The notes beneath the pieces were generated by a model. It was not told the DNA's origin. It made no database searches and saw only the letters and a program-made list of their open reading frames with translations. From NCBI GenBank assembly GCA_950097015.1, contig CATNEN010000014.1:1178001-1242000 (forward strand): DNA of 64,000 nucleotides, written 5' to 3'. A program made the translations under genes and the position numbers. The stretch comes from Macrostomum hystrix (Eukaryota; Animalia; Platyhelminthes). Numbering within the stretch: the first letter of the stretch is position 1; each line of letters opens with the position of its first letter. Positions 12,606-23,617 of the stretch are shown one piece after another.

Positions 12606-13100
12606 TCAACAGCGGTGCCAGCTCGGAGGATCGATCATCCCACATCCGCTGCACTTTTTGTGTCGACAGCTCGAGTCGATCTTGCTACAGACGCCGCACT
12701 TGGTGTGCCGACAGTTCGAGTCAATCTTACCGCAGATGCCACACTTTGAGTGGCTATGCCAAGATGGCGGGTCCACCTGGCTGCAGACACGGCATTTGGT
12801 GTGGCTGCAGTTCGAGTCGATCTTGCCGCAGACACTGCAGGATGTGTGGCTATGCCAAGATGGCGGGTCCACCTGGCTGCAGACACGGCACTTGGTGTGG
12901 CTGCAGTTCGAGTCGTACTTTCCACAGACGTCGCATTTGGTATGGCTATGCCAGACCGGGGGGTCCATCTGTTCGCAGACTGGGCACTTCACGTGCTGGC
13001 GGTTGCACTTCAGCCAGCCACAAATCTTGCAAGCGTGACGGCACACGGTCGGAATGTCCGCCTGGCGCTTGCAGCTAGTGCACCAGTTCCAGCCAGACAT
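12606..13100 (-). CDS. 164-aa Cys/His-rich repeat protein, putative metal-binding
   Basis: Intact ORF with ATG at 13100 and an in-frame TGA just upstream. It has 10 CxxC motifs, most followed by HxH or CxH. A TTCAG acceptor lies 19 nt upstream of the ATG. Repeat divergence looks like protein-level conservation. Confidence 0.7.
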   Translation of the reverse strand: MSGWNWCTSCKRQADIPTVCRHACKICGWLKCNRQHVKCPVCEQMDPPVWHSHTKCDVCGKYDSNCSHTKCRVCSQVDPPSWHSHTSCSVCGKIDSNCSHTKCRVCSQVDPPSWHSHSKCGICGKIDSNCRHTKCGVCSKIDSSCRHKKCSGCGMIDPPSWHRC

Positions 13101-14127
13101 TGTAGCAATAGTTCATGCACTGAAGAGACAGTTTAGTTCGTTATTGATTGAAATTCGCAAAGGTAAATGAGACCCAGCTAATCTAGATAGATACGAAAAT
13201 ATAGAAAATTACACCTAGCTTAGCTGGGCCAGATGTACAGCCAGTGGCACAGCCGCACTTACTACTCGGCTCTTCTAAAGGCTGAGTACAGCTGCTCGAT
13301 CAGTCCATGGACAGGGGAAGCATCCACAACACACCCGGATTTCTATATAAAATTTGATGCTGGCACCCATTTTTACAGCTTGGACGTACTAACTGAATGA
13401 GACAACTCACCTTTAAGCCTGCTGCAAAACAAAATTGAGTAGGGATGAATAGAATACACTGCGCATGCAATGCTTCATATATGAGCAATAGACAGGATGA
13501 GGGCGGCTACTCACTCCGTTTTTTTCTGGCTGCACACCTGCTCCACTCCCTCCTCCTGCTCCACTCCCTCCTCCTGCTCCACTCCCTCCTCCTGCCCCAC
13601 TCCCTGCTCCTGTAGTTGCCATGCGAATGAAGCGTAGGCAAGAGCAAATGAAAATAAATAGAAACTGCAAACAAAAACTCAACTCAAAGCTAGCGACTCA
13701 TCTTTGAATTGGATAAAATTTTAATAAATTTCTGCGCTCCGACCGCCCCAACTGGGCTCTCGATCTTACTGGGGTCAAGCTGTCGAAATGACCAATGAAA
13801 CTGCTCAAAGCTCCATTGTCTCACCTTGTGGCCAGAAAAGTAACGAATTACTAGCGTCAATCTCAAACAGCAACTCGCCTAGCCGCCCTTCTCGGCTCCA
13901 CTTTGACATTGTCCCTGCTCTTTCAATTTTCTCTCCTACATTCGTTTATGACGGGACTATAAAAATTTCTTTTACGAGTACTAGAAAGGCAAGAGCTTGT
14001 AGAGCTTGTACTTAACGATTGTATTGGCGCAAAGTGTAGATAAAAAATAAGAAAATATATGTTGCAAGATCTACAGTGCCAATTTGACAGCCAACATCAG
14101 GTGATTGTGTTTAGCATGCATGTGGCT

Positions 14128-14265
14128 ACTGATGGCTCAATGAACTGATGGCTCAATGAACTGATGGCTCAATGAACTGATGGCTCAATGAACTGATGGC
14201 TCAATGAACTGATGGCTCAATGAACTGATGGCTCAATGAACTGATGGCTCAATGAACTGATGGCT
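14128..14265. repeat. 16-bp minisatellite (ACTGATGGCTCAATGA)
   Basis: About 8-9 perfect copies. Confidence 0.92.
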
Positions 14266-14629
14266 CGTAGGTCTAATCGGAGATCCGATCCACATGAGAG
14301 TGTTGTGTACTGCCTTTTTGTTCTTTTGTACGAGTACTATAGGTTCTAAAATTCGATATTAATGGCTAGATGAAAGTTAGAACAGCACAAAGTTTATTTA
14401 CGGCTCGTATTTGATTTAAACTGCTATCATGTTTCGCACCGTCTTGGTCACCAAATCTACAGAGCTCTCGGTTACATGGCTCCTGGGTTGCTGTTTATAG
14501 ATTCTCTTAAAATTGAAGTATTTTCAAGAAAAAATGGAGGAAAAAACTACGAGCTCGTAGAATTTTACAAGGAGATGCCCCAAGTCAGTCAGCCGCAGAG
14601 ACGATAGCAAGGGCAGTGCCAGCTCGGGC

Positions 14630-14959
14630 CTAGCAGAAGCACGGGCAGCGCTCGGCCAGCCAGTCGCTGGCGTAGTTGATCTTCTTGCAGTGGCCCCAAT
14701 AGTGACCGCCCTGCAGGTGGCAGTACAGGGTGCACATCACGTTCCAGCTGCTTTCCGCGTCATCTGAAAACAGCGGCCGCAGATTTGATTGAGTCGGTCA
14801 GGGCGAGAAAAATTAGCAGAGAATCGAAAAGTGCTTACGAAATCTTCCGAAAGCCTGGAAGACGATTCTCTCCTTGATATGGTACGGGACATCGTCGTTG
14901 TCGGCACTGGCGACCGCTCCAAGCATGCCGATGGTGGCAATCAGGAAGAAGATGCTCAT
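14630..14959 (-). CDS. 84-aa secreted cysteine-rich peptide, defensin (CS-alpha-beta)-like, 2 exons
   Basis: Exons 14959-14839 and 14763-14630 flank a 75-nt GTAAGC..TTTTCAG intron and give MSIFFLIATIGMLGAVASADNDDVPYHIKERIVFQAFGRFHDAESSWNVMCTLYCHLQGGHYWGHCKKINYASDWLAERCPCFC*. It has a hydrophobic signal, CxxxC, GxC and a terminal CxC. Confidence 0.8.
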
Positions 14960-15048
14960 GCCTATTTCCAGTTGGTCTGGGTTGGAGTCAGACAAGCGCA
15001 GGTGTCGGCACTGGACATTGGAAAGCGCCGCAATTGCTCGCTCCTCAT

Positions 15049-15055
15049 ATTTATA
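15049..15055 (-). promoter_or_regulatory. TATA box candidate for the defensin-like gene
   Basis: TATAAAT on the minus strand about 90 nt upstream of the ATG. Confidence 0.5.
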
Positions 15056-15451
15056 AGGCCTGTCTATAGGGGGATAAACTAGCTGATCACGCGGCAGCCG
15101 AGTGATCGTCGCCTAATCAGGCTGCAATCCGAAGCTTATCTCGGGGCTAAACGCGTGGGTTCCGCCCCCCGTGAGTCAGCGTCAGCTTCCGCCTCGTCGC
15201 CGACGGTGCCGCTGCCACCGAGTGCGAGTTGCTATGCGGGTGCCCGGCATTTTCGGCATCTACGCGAGCCGCTTCGGGCGCAGGTGCAGGAGGAGCATCC
15301 AACATCCGGAGTCTGATTGGGTGGCCGACAAGCATGAGTTTGGAGTCTGATACCTGCAACTACCTGCTTCGTAAACAGGCTCTCCAAGCTGACAGCCTTG
15401 ACTCGCCTTTCAAAGCCCTTTTTACTGCCTCCTTGACTTAAAAATAGTAAA

Positions 15452-16400
15452 ATACCTGTTCCCTCAGTCCAATACCTGTTCCCTCAGTCCAATACCTGTT
15501 CCGTCAGTCCAATACCTGTTCCCTCAGTCTAATACCTGTACCCTCAGTTCAATACCTGTCCCCTCAGTCCAATACCTGTTCCCTCAGTCTAATACCTGTA
15601 CCCTCAGTTCAATACCTGTCCCCTCAGTCCAATACCTGTTCCCTCAGTCTAATACCTGTACCCTCAGTTCAATACCTATTCCCTCAGTCCAATACCTGTT
15701 CCCTCAGTCCAATACCTGTTCCCTCAGTCCAATACCTGTTCCCTCAGTCCAATACCTGTTCCCTCAGTCCAATACCTGTTCCGTCAGTCCAATACCTGTT
15801 CCCTCAGTCTAATACCTGTACCCTCAGTTCAATACCTGTCCCCTCAGTCCAATACCTGTTCCCTCAGTCTAATACCTGTACCCTCAGTTCAATACCTATT
15901 CCCTCAGTCCAATACCTGTTCCCTCAGTCCAATACCTGTTCCCTCAGTCTAATACCTGTAACCTCAGTTCAATACCTGTTCCCTCAGTTAAATACCTGTT
16001 CCCTCAGCTCAGTTCAATACCTGTTCCCTCAGTCCAATACCTGTTCCCTCAGTCCAATACCTGTCCCCTCAGTCCAATACCTGTCCCCTCAGTCCAATAC
16101 CTATACCCTCAGTCCAATACCTATACCCTCAGTCCAATACCTATACCCTCAGTCCAATACCTGTCCCCTCAGTCCAATACCTGTCCCCTCAGTCCAATAC
16201 CTATACCCTCAGTCCAATACCTGTCCCCTCAGTCCAATACCTATACCCTCAGTCCAATACTTGTCCCCTCAGTCCAATATCTGTCCCCTCAGTCCAATAC
16301 CTATACCCTCAGTCCAATACCTGCCCACCCAGTCCAATAACTGTTCCCTCAGTCCAATTTCTGCTCCCTCAGTCCAATGCCTGTCCACCCAGTCCAATAC
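15452..16400. repeat. 20-bp minisatellite (CCTGTTCCCTCAGTCCAATA)
   Basis: About 47 copies with substitution variants. Confidence 0.95.
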
Positions 16401-16800
16401 CTGAATGCAGTATTCAGGAAGTGATTAAGGACCGCATGACAACGGTGAGCTGGTTGCAGCCAATTGCATTTTAGGGCTTAGAACTTTTACCCCCATTTTA
16501 ATTAATTTATTAAGATTGAATCGAAAGCATGGAATTTCGCCGAGTTAGTAACAAGTCGTGTTCAAGTAACGGAGGCCCATAGGCTTAGCTTGTGTTAGCA
16601 GCGAGTCAAATGTACAACTTGTAATTGTTGCGACGCGACATGATAACGAGACAGTTATATGTGTGACTGACTTAAAAGTCAGACATGCATTAAGAAATAA
16701 TCAATATTTCAGGAGAGAAAGTTCTAAGACCAAATGTACGCAGGCTGCGTGCATTGTCATGGAGTGCGGCTGGCATTGTCATGGAGTGCGGCTGGCATTG

Positions 16801-18948
16801 TCATGGAGTGCGGCTGGCATTGACATTTGCGACATCTGCATTTTCCGTCTCGCGAGCCTCGCCGTCACGCAGCCTCTGGGCGGCCTCGACATCGTCGGCT
16901 GGCTGTTCTGGCGACCCCGTCAAGCGGCGGTGAAGTTTGAGCACAGCGCTGGAGAGCAGGCTGTACAACAGCTCGATCAGCTCGCAGACGGTGAGCAGGC
17001 TGCAGCCGATGTACAGGCCGAGTAGGCCTCCCGTGTCGGCCAGGAACGCCGTGATCGAGTAGGCCGGCAATATCACCACCTGGGGCGACGTGCGGCGCTG
17101 CGCCACAATTCGAACTCTGATTAGCGACTCCGTCAGGTAGGTGCGAAACGAAGCCTCTGTGTGGGCCGTGTGGCTATCTGTGGATTGGGGAGGGTGACAG
17201 TGTGGCTACCTGTGGATTAAGTTGGTTATCCATGTGGCTACCTGTGGATTAAGTTAGTTATCTATGTGGCTACCTGTGGATTAAGTTGGTTATCCATGTG
17301 GCTACCTGTGGATTAAGTTGGTTATCCATGTGGCTACCTGTAGATTGAGAAAGGCATGGGTAAGGCTTTTTGTGGGTTGGAGAAGGGTTGTGAGTTGGTG
17401 GATGGTTTTGGTGAGACTTCCGGTGGCTTTAGCGCGGGCTATGCTTCTAAAAGCCAGCAAACGGGGCTCCTTCTGCATCGTACAGCCGAAGCCAGAAGGC
17501 CCCGCAGTTCACGCACCATTCTGGAGCGCCCTGGCCATTTCCGCGAGCCGCATGTCGACAGGCGTGACGTATCGCGGGTCGCGAGTCTCGGCGAAGTACT
17601 GCGCGGCGGAGCTGCCGGCGCTCGGCCAGCGGCTGAACGAGAAGCTCGCAGAGTACTGCTGGTAGCGGCACGGGTTCCGAGGGAGACAAGCCGTCTGCAC
17701 CCGATGGTCCAGCGCACGCCAGTCAGTGCGGCTCCGGCGAACTCGATCCAGGCCCTCCTTGCTCGTCTCCGTCATGTTCAGGCACCTATGAGCAGGGCGA
17801 GCTGTTTAGCACATTGACCATATACTCATATTATACTTATATACTCATATTATACTTATAATGAAGAGAAATCGAACACACCTGGGCGTGTTCCGCAGAC
17901 GCCAGACCAGCGGAGTGCTGGACGGCAGGCAGCCATACTCCTCGGCCAGCAGCTGTGCCAGCATCTCGTAGTAGCACGCGGCCGGACTGTACGCGAACGT
18001 TAGCGGCCCACCAGTGAGGTAGTCGACGAATTCAGCGGAGCCACTATCGGCCTGGCAGTGTGTGCCGTGCAGCTCCTCGCTGAAGGCCGTCTCTTCCATG
18101 CTGAGTGCCACGGAGTAGGAGTTGCCGGGTGCCAGTAGGAACTTTGCTTCGTGTATCAGCGACGGGTAGCTGCCGACCGGCACGATGAGCATGGTGAAGC
18201 CGGTCTCCTGAAGGAGTTCGGAGCCATCGCGGAGGCTCCAGTCCTGCAGCGGCACCTGAGCGCCGGTTCTCGGGTCGCGGATTGGATCTACGCCACGTCC
18301 GGAGTAGTTAAAGTCGGCGAAGTAGGGGTCGGTGGACAAGCGAAGGTCCACCTGCCAGCTATCGGACACGATCTTTTTCCGATCGTAGTCGGTGAAGTTC
18401 AATTTGAAGCACACGAGGTTCTCCGGATGGCTAAACGCTACGATTCGCGGCCGAATGAGGAATCGTGGCGGAGGACCCATCGTCGGCGTGGCGGACTGCC
18501 GCTGCACCGCCTGAACGCGGCGCTGTGCCAGGAGCTCAAAGGAAATGTGTACAGGCAGCGAGTTCTGCATCAGGTGCATCCGGAGCCCGAGCTCCGCTTG
18601 CTGTCCGTAGCGAGTGTTGAACTCGGCGCTGAGGTTGGCAACGACGGAGTTGATTAGGTCAGCCTCGACCGGACTCAAGTCGTACGGATAGCTGCCTGAG
18701 TACGGATTGCTGGGGCAGAAGTACAGGTCGGGGAAGATGAACTGCACCTTGTCGATCTCGAAGGACTTTGCCAGCGCGTCCTCTCTCAGGCGAGCAACCA
18801 GCGTCACCGCGGTGCGAATGAAAATGGCCAGGAAGAACAGAAACAGAGCGCACCACATCACCTTCATGGGCCGACTCGGCGAGGTGACGACGCGGCCGAT
18901 GCCGTGGGCCGTGCTGGAAGCCAGAGCATCCGTGATGGCTTTCGGCAT
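16801..18948 (-). CDS. DEG/ENaC/ASIC-family sodium channel subunit, 3 exons, ~563 aa
   Basis: Exons 18948-17882, 17785-17517 and 17156-16801 (alternative in-frame acceptor at 17177). N-terminal STAHG, TM1, FPDLYFC, Cys-rich ectodomain, RWPS, and TM2 FLADTGGLLGLYIGCSLLTVCELIE with the GxS filter. Confidence 0.92.
17202..17345. repeat. 32-bp intronic minisatellite in the DEG/ENaC gene
   Basis: About 4.5 copies of GTGGCTACCTGTGGATTAAGTTGGTTATCCAT. Confidence 0.9.
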
Positions 18949-20370
18949 TTTCACAATGCTTTTCCAGCTTCAGCATCAGCTATAGAATCTGCGGCAGTTG
19001 GCAATGCTGCATCGCTTAAAAAGCAACAAAACACCGCGTGATCCGATTGGCTCCGGCATGACTGCTCTGTCCTCTCTTATCGTTCTGTCCGAAGATTGCA
19101 GATAGCCCGCAGCCTGCCATGGGGAATAGGTCATGGTAAGGTCAGAATCTCCTGGATTTAGCAGCTTCGGCTCCTGACATTTCAAATTCGCACGCTGTGC
19201 AGTTAAGTGTGCGCCTATTTTCTTTGCGGGCTGGGCCAAAAGTGCACGGCTTGTTTATCCGCAGTTGCCAAATTTCCGCTGGCTTACCACAAATCTCCCT
19301 GAACTTTTCCGGTTGCTCCTGCCGCGGACCAGTCCCGTTCCGATAAGTTTCCATTGGCTCACCTGGCCTGCCGAAGCCAAGCAGCTGGCCGGATCAATAT
19401 TGATAAACATATTTCCTCTCGCAAGTCAAGGGGTCTTACTTGTGTGCTCAGACATCTGAATGCCGTTTACTGATACTTCATGAGTTGTCATTCACTAAAG
19501 AATTGGCGAGCAAACAGTAATCCTTAAAATTTGATGAGCTATAAAACTATCATATAAAACATTTGAACTACTATCAAAGAGGTGGCTTCATGACGTCAAC
19601 ACAATATCAACTGTCTGATGGCTTCATGAGAGGTCATTGCCTGATGCTTTGACGTCATTTTAAGCCTCACACTTTGCTCCCACTATCCCTATTAGCCCTA
19701 TCAAACAGCTCCCACTATCCCTATTAGCCCTATCAAACAGCCGGGTGCTAATCGCACTTATTCGCGCTTCAAACTCCGATATGGCCACAGTTCTATAGGG
19801 GGCTCAAAACTGTTCTCCAGCCCTGAGCAGCCGGTGGGGACTGCGGGTTGTCAGTTCTCACCATCGCATCACCAGCCACTTCCGGAGCTGCTTGTCAGCC
19901 CCGGAGGTCGATCGAGTAGTCATCGACTCAGTGACCAATTTCAGATCGCAAGTATTTTTATGGATAATTTTTTAGCGCGATTCACTGAAGCCTTGAGTAC
20001 TGCTCACTGCCTGGCGACCGTGGCAGACAATATATCTGACAAAATAACTGTTAAGCGTGGAGATTACTAGTGGATTTTGGCGGTTGAAAATAATAAAACT
20101 TTTACATTTATTTAGCAGGCTAAAAATTACAGAAACCAATAGAATGAGAAAAACAAATCCATTAGTACTCGTATAGTAATTATGGGATTCCTTATTTCTA
20201 TAACTCTGCTTTGACAAAATCCAGTCACTTTGAGAGCTAAAAGTTCACGTGTAGTACGGAACTCAGCGGAGGTTTTCGGAAAAGGAACGATACCTATGAA
20301 GTACAAGAGACTAGCGTTAGTCCTCGGGCCCAACACCCCGGAGTCCGAGCTCAGCAGCTCAGGGAGCCAC

Positions 20371-22401
20371 CTAGAAGCCGATACGGCCCAGGAAGAAGCT
20401 CTTCACCAGCGGCGAGGTCGCCAGCAGCTGCTGCTGGGTCAGGCGGCTGGCGGTCAGGCCGGCTCTGGTGCACTCCGGCGGCACGCGGAACACGCTGGCA
20501 TCCCGGATGCCGATGGTCACATTCACGTAGCTCTCGGACTCGTGGAATCCTGCGAGGACAAAGTCTAGGATTCAAGCATCCATCACAGGCTTCCAGCATC
20601 CATCACAGACCCCAAGCATCCATCACAGACCCCAAGCATCCATCACAGACCCCAAGCATCCATCACAGACTCCAAGCATCCATCACAGGCTTCCAGCATC
20701 CATCACAGACCCAAAGCATCCATCACAGACCCCAAGCATCCATCACAGACAGGAAGCATTCATCACAGACAGGAAGCATCCATCACAGGCTTCCAGCATC
20801 TATCACAGACCTCAAGCATCCATCCATCACAGACCCCAAGCATCCATCCATCACAGACCTCAAGCATCCATCCATCACAGACCCCAAGCATCCATCACAG
20901 ACAGCAAGCATCCATCACAGACAGCAAGCATCCATCACAGACTTCAAGCATCCATCACAGACAGCAAGCATCCATCACAGGCTTCCAGCATCCATCACAG
21001 ACTCCAAGCATCCATCACAGACAGCAAGCATCCATCACAGACTTCAAGAATCCATCACAGACAGCAAGCATCCATCACAGGCTTCCAGCATCCATCACAG
21101 ACTTCAAGCATCCATCACAGGCTTCCAGCATCTATCGCAGGCTTCCAGCACCTATCACAGACCTCAAGCATCCATCACAGACCCCAAGCACCCCAGGACA
21201 CCCAGGACTCACGCGGGCTGAAGGCCAACTGCGAGATCGGCACGCAGGAGGCCCTGGTGACAGCCAGTTGGACGTCCAGATCGCTGACGCGGCCGCGGAA
21301 GCTGTTGAAGTTTAGGAGGTCATTGCCAGCGCCGAAGTGCAGGGAGCCCTCGCCGCGGAAGTCGTCTTGAGGCGGATTTTCGCATCGAGTCGGGTTGAGT
21401 TGGATAATGTCTAGTTTTTCAGGAAGGAAGGTTTACCGGAATGCCAGTAGTAAAATAATGCTTACTCGGCACGCAGGGCGGGTCAATGCCACGGGTGAGG
21501 GCAATGATGCGGCACTCGCGGCTGTGATGATCAACAATGTACATTGCGCGCCTGTTGCCGTCCACCAGCACCCGCTGGTGCCTCACAATGCGATTTCCGA
21601 TTAGCGTCTCGTTGCTGGCCACCAGCTGGCGAGTGAAGTCGTAGGCCAACGAGGAAAACGCCTGTTAAATACGGATTGCAGAGCGCCATGGAATCGAGAT
21701 ATATGGGATTGGTAAATCTGGGATTGATAGGTATGGGATTGATAGATCGGAGTTTGATAGGTATGGGATTGATAGATCTGGGATTGATATGTATGGGATT
21801 GATAGGAATTGGATTGATAGATGGGATTGATAGATATGGGATTGATAGGTATGGGATTGATACATCTGTAATTGTTAGACATGATCTTGAAAGATCTGAG
21901 ATTGAAAGATTTGAGATTCATAGATCAGGGATTAATGGATATGGATAGATAGATATGGGATTAATTCGTCTGAGATTGATAGATCTGGGGATTGGTTTGG
22001 TATTGGTGGATCTGCGATTGTTAGGTCTGTGATTGATAGACCTGGGGGATTGACAGACCTGGGGATTGATAGACCCGGGGGATTGATAGACCCGGGGGAT
22101 TGATAGACATAAGATTCAAAGATCTGAGATAGGTCAAAGATTGATAGGTCTGGTTGTTGATAGGTGTTGATTGATTGATTTTAGATTGATTAGTATTGAT
22201 GGATCTGGGACTGATAGACATGTGATTGTTTGGTCTGGGATTGTTGGGTCCCAATATCACCTCCTGATAGGTGCCGTTCGGGCTGAAGCGCACAGCGTGC
22301 AGTCCTTGGAACTGACGCGGGCCGCAGCAGGGAGTCTGGGCCGAGCCGCTGGCGATGAGGCTGCAGACTAGAGCGGCGGCGAGGACGGCGACAAGCTGCA
22401 T
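20371..22401 (-). CDS. EPDR: Ependymin-related protein, 4 exons
   Basis: Exons 22401-22261, 21661-21466, 21410 (or 21365)-21213, and 20564-20371. Signal peptide followed by CCGPRQFQG, LAYDF, EC..PPCVP, SCVP and YVNVTIGIRDASVFRVPPEC, the ependymin-family cysteine and motif pattern. Confidence 0.88.
20575..21190. repeat. ~19-bp intronic minisatellite (AAGCATCCATCACAGACCC variants)
   Basis: Fills most of EPDR intron 3. Confidence 0.92.
21695..22215. repeat. Degenerate GGGATTGATAG-type intronic repeat
   Basis: Imperfect 10-20-bp units filling EPDR intron 1. Confidence 0.8.
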
Positions 22402-22933
22402 GGTTGAGGGCTCGCAAAAATGACAGAAAGAACCTGAGCGAGAATCTTCGGACAGCTGAACTGAGCTGAGTAGAGCTCCCCGGCCAGCGGCTGCGCTGAT
22501 ATACACTCGGTGGTGGCCGCTGGCCGCAGGCTTGAGCTGATAAGCGGGCGGATTCGGCTGCGAACTCGACATGTGCGCCAGATCTCCAGCACAGCTGTGT
22601 CACGCCAGCGGGCCCCAGGGTGAGACGTGACAACTGCAGAAACTGGTTAACAGGCATTCTTCTTTCAACACTTAGATTGACGCTGCATTGTAGGGAATCC
22701 CAGGTAATTAACTCAAATAAAAGTCCGCTTCTGTTGTACAATTCTTTTCCGAAATTCTCAAGCAGACGCGGCCTAAAATTTGAAGCTTCGCTTGTAATTT
22801 TACAATTTTACAAGTGAGTGCTTGCGGCTCAAGCAATGTTTCCCCCGGCAGTAAAGAACCTCCATAATACCTGGCTACCAAACCCCCAGCAAGAAATATT
22901 TGCCCCCTTTCTTTGACAGGAAACTTTGACAGG

Positions 22934-23580
22934 TTTCGCTGGTTGTGTGTGCAGGAGTGTGTTGAGCTGGGTTTCGCTGGTTGAGTGTGCAGGAGTGTGT
23001 TGAGCTGGGTTTCGCTGGTTGAGTGTGCAGGAGTGTGTTGAGCTGGGTTTCGCTGGTTGTGTGTGCAGGAGTGTGTTGAGCTGGGTTACGCTGGTTGTGT
23101 GTGCAGTAGTGTGTTGAGCTGGGTTACGCTGGTTGTGTGTGCAGGAGTGTGTTGAGCTGGGTTTCGCTGGTTGAGTGTGCAGGAGTGTGTTGAGCTGGGT
23201 TACGCTGGTTGTGTGTGCAGGAGTGTGTTGAGCTGGGTTTCGCTGGTTGAGTGTGCAGGAGTGTGTTGAGCTGGGTTACGCTGGTTGAGTGTGCAGGAGT
23301 GTGTTGAGCTGGGTTTCGCTGGTTGTGTGTGCAGGAGTGTGTTGAGCTGGGTTTCGCTGGTTGTGTGTGCAGTAGTGTGTTGAGCTGGGTTTCGCTGGTT
23401 GTGTGTGCAGGAGTGTGCAGGAGTGTGTTGAGCTGGGTTTCGCTGGTTGAGTGTGCAGGAGTGTGTTGAGCTGGGTTTCGCTGGTTGTGTGTGCAGGAGT
23501 GTGTTGAGCTGGGTTTCGCTGGTTGTGTGTGCAGGAGTGTGTTGAGCTGGGTTTCGCTAGTTGTGTGTGCAGGAGTGTGC
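22934..23580. repeat. 38-bp minisatellite (GGAGTGTGTTGAGCTGGGTTTCGCTGGTTGTGTGTGCA)
   Basis: About 17 copies, directly adjoining the 31-mer array. Confidence 0.94.
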
Positions 23581-23617
23581 AGGAGGCCTCTAGGAATCCG
23601 GCAGTGGGTAGAGTATG

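Noticed and set aside
15147-15359. ORF as an alternative last exon of the DEG/ENaC gene
   Set aside because: The channel frame already terminates at 16801, no matching donor was found, and the acceptor is weak. It may just be GC-rich upstream sequence of the defensin-like gene.
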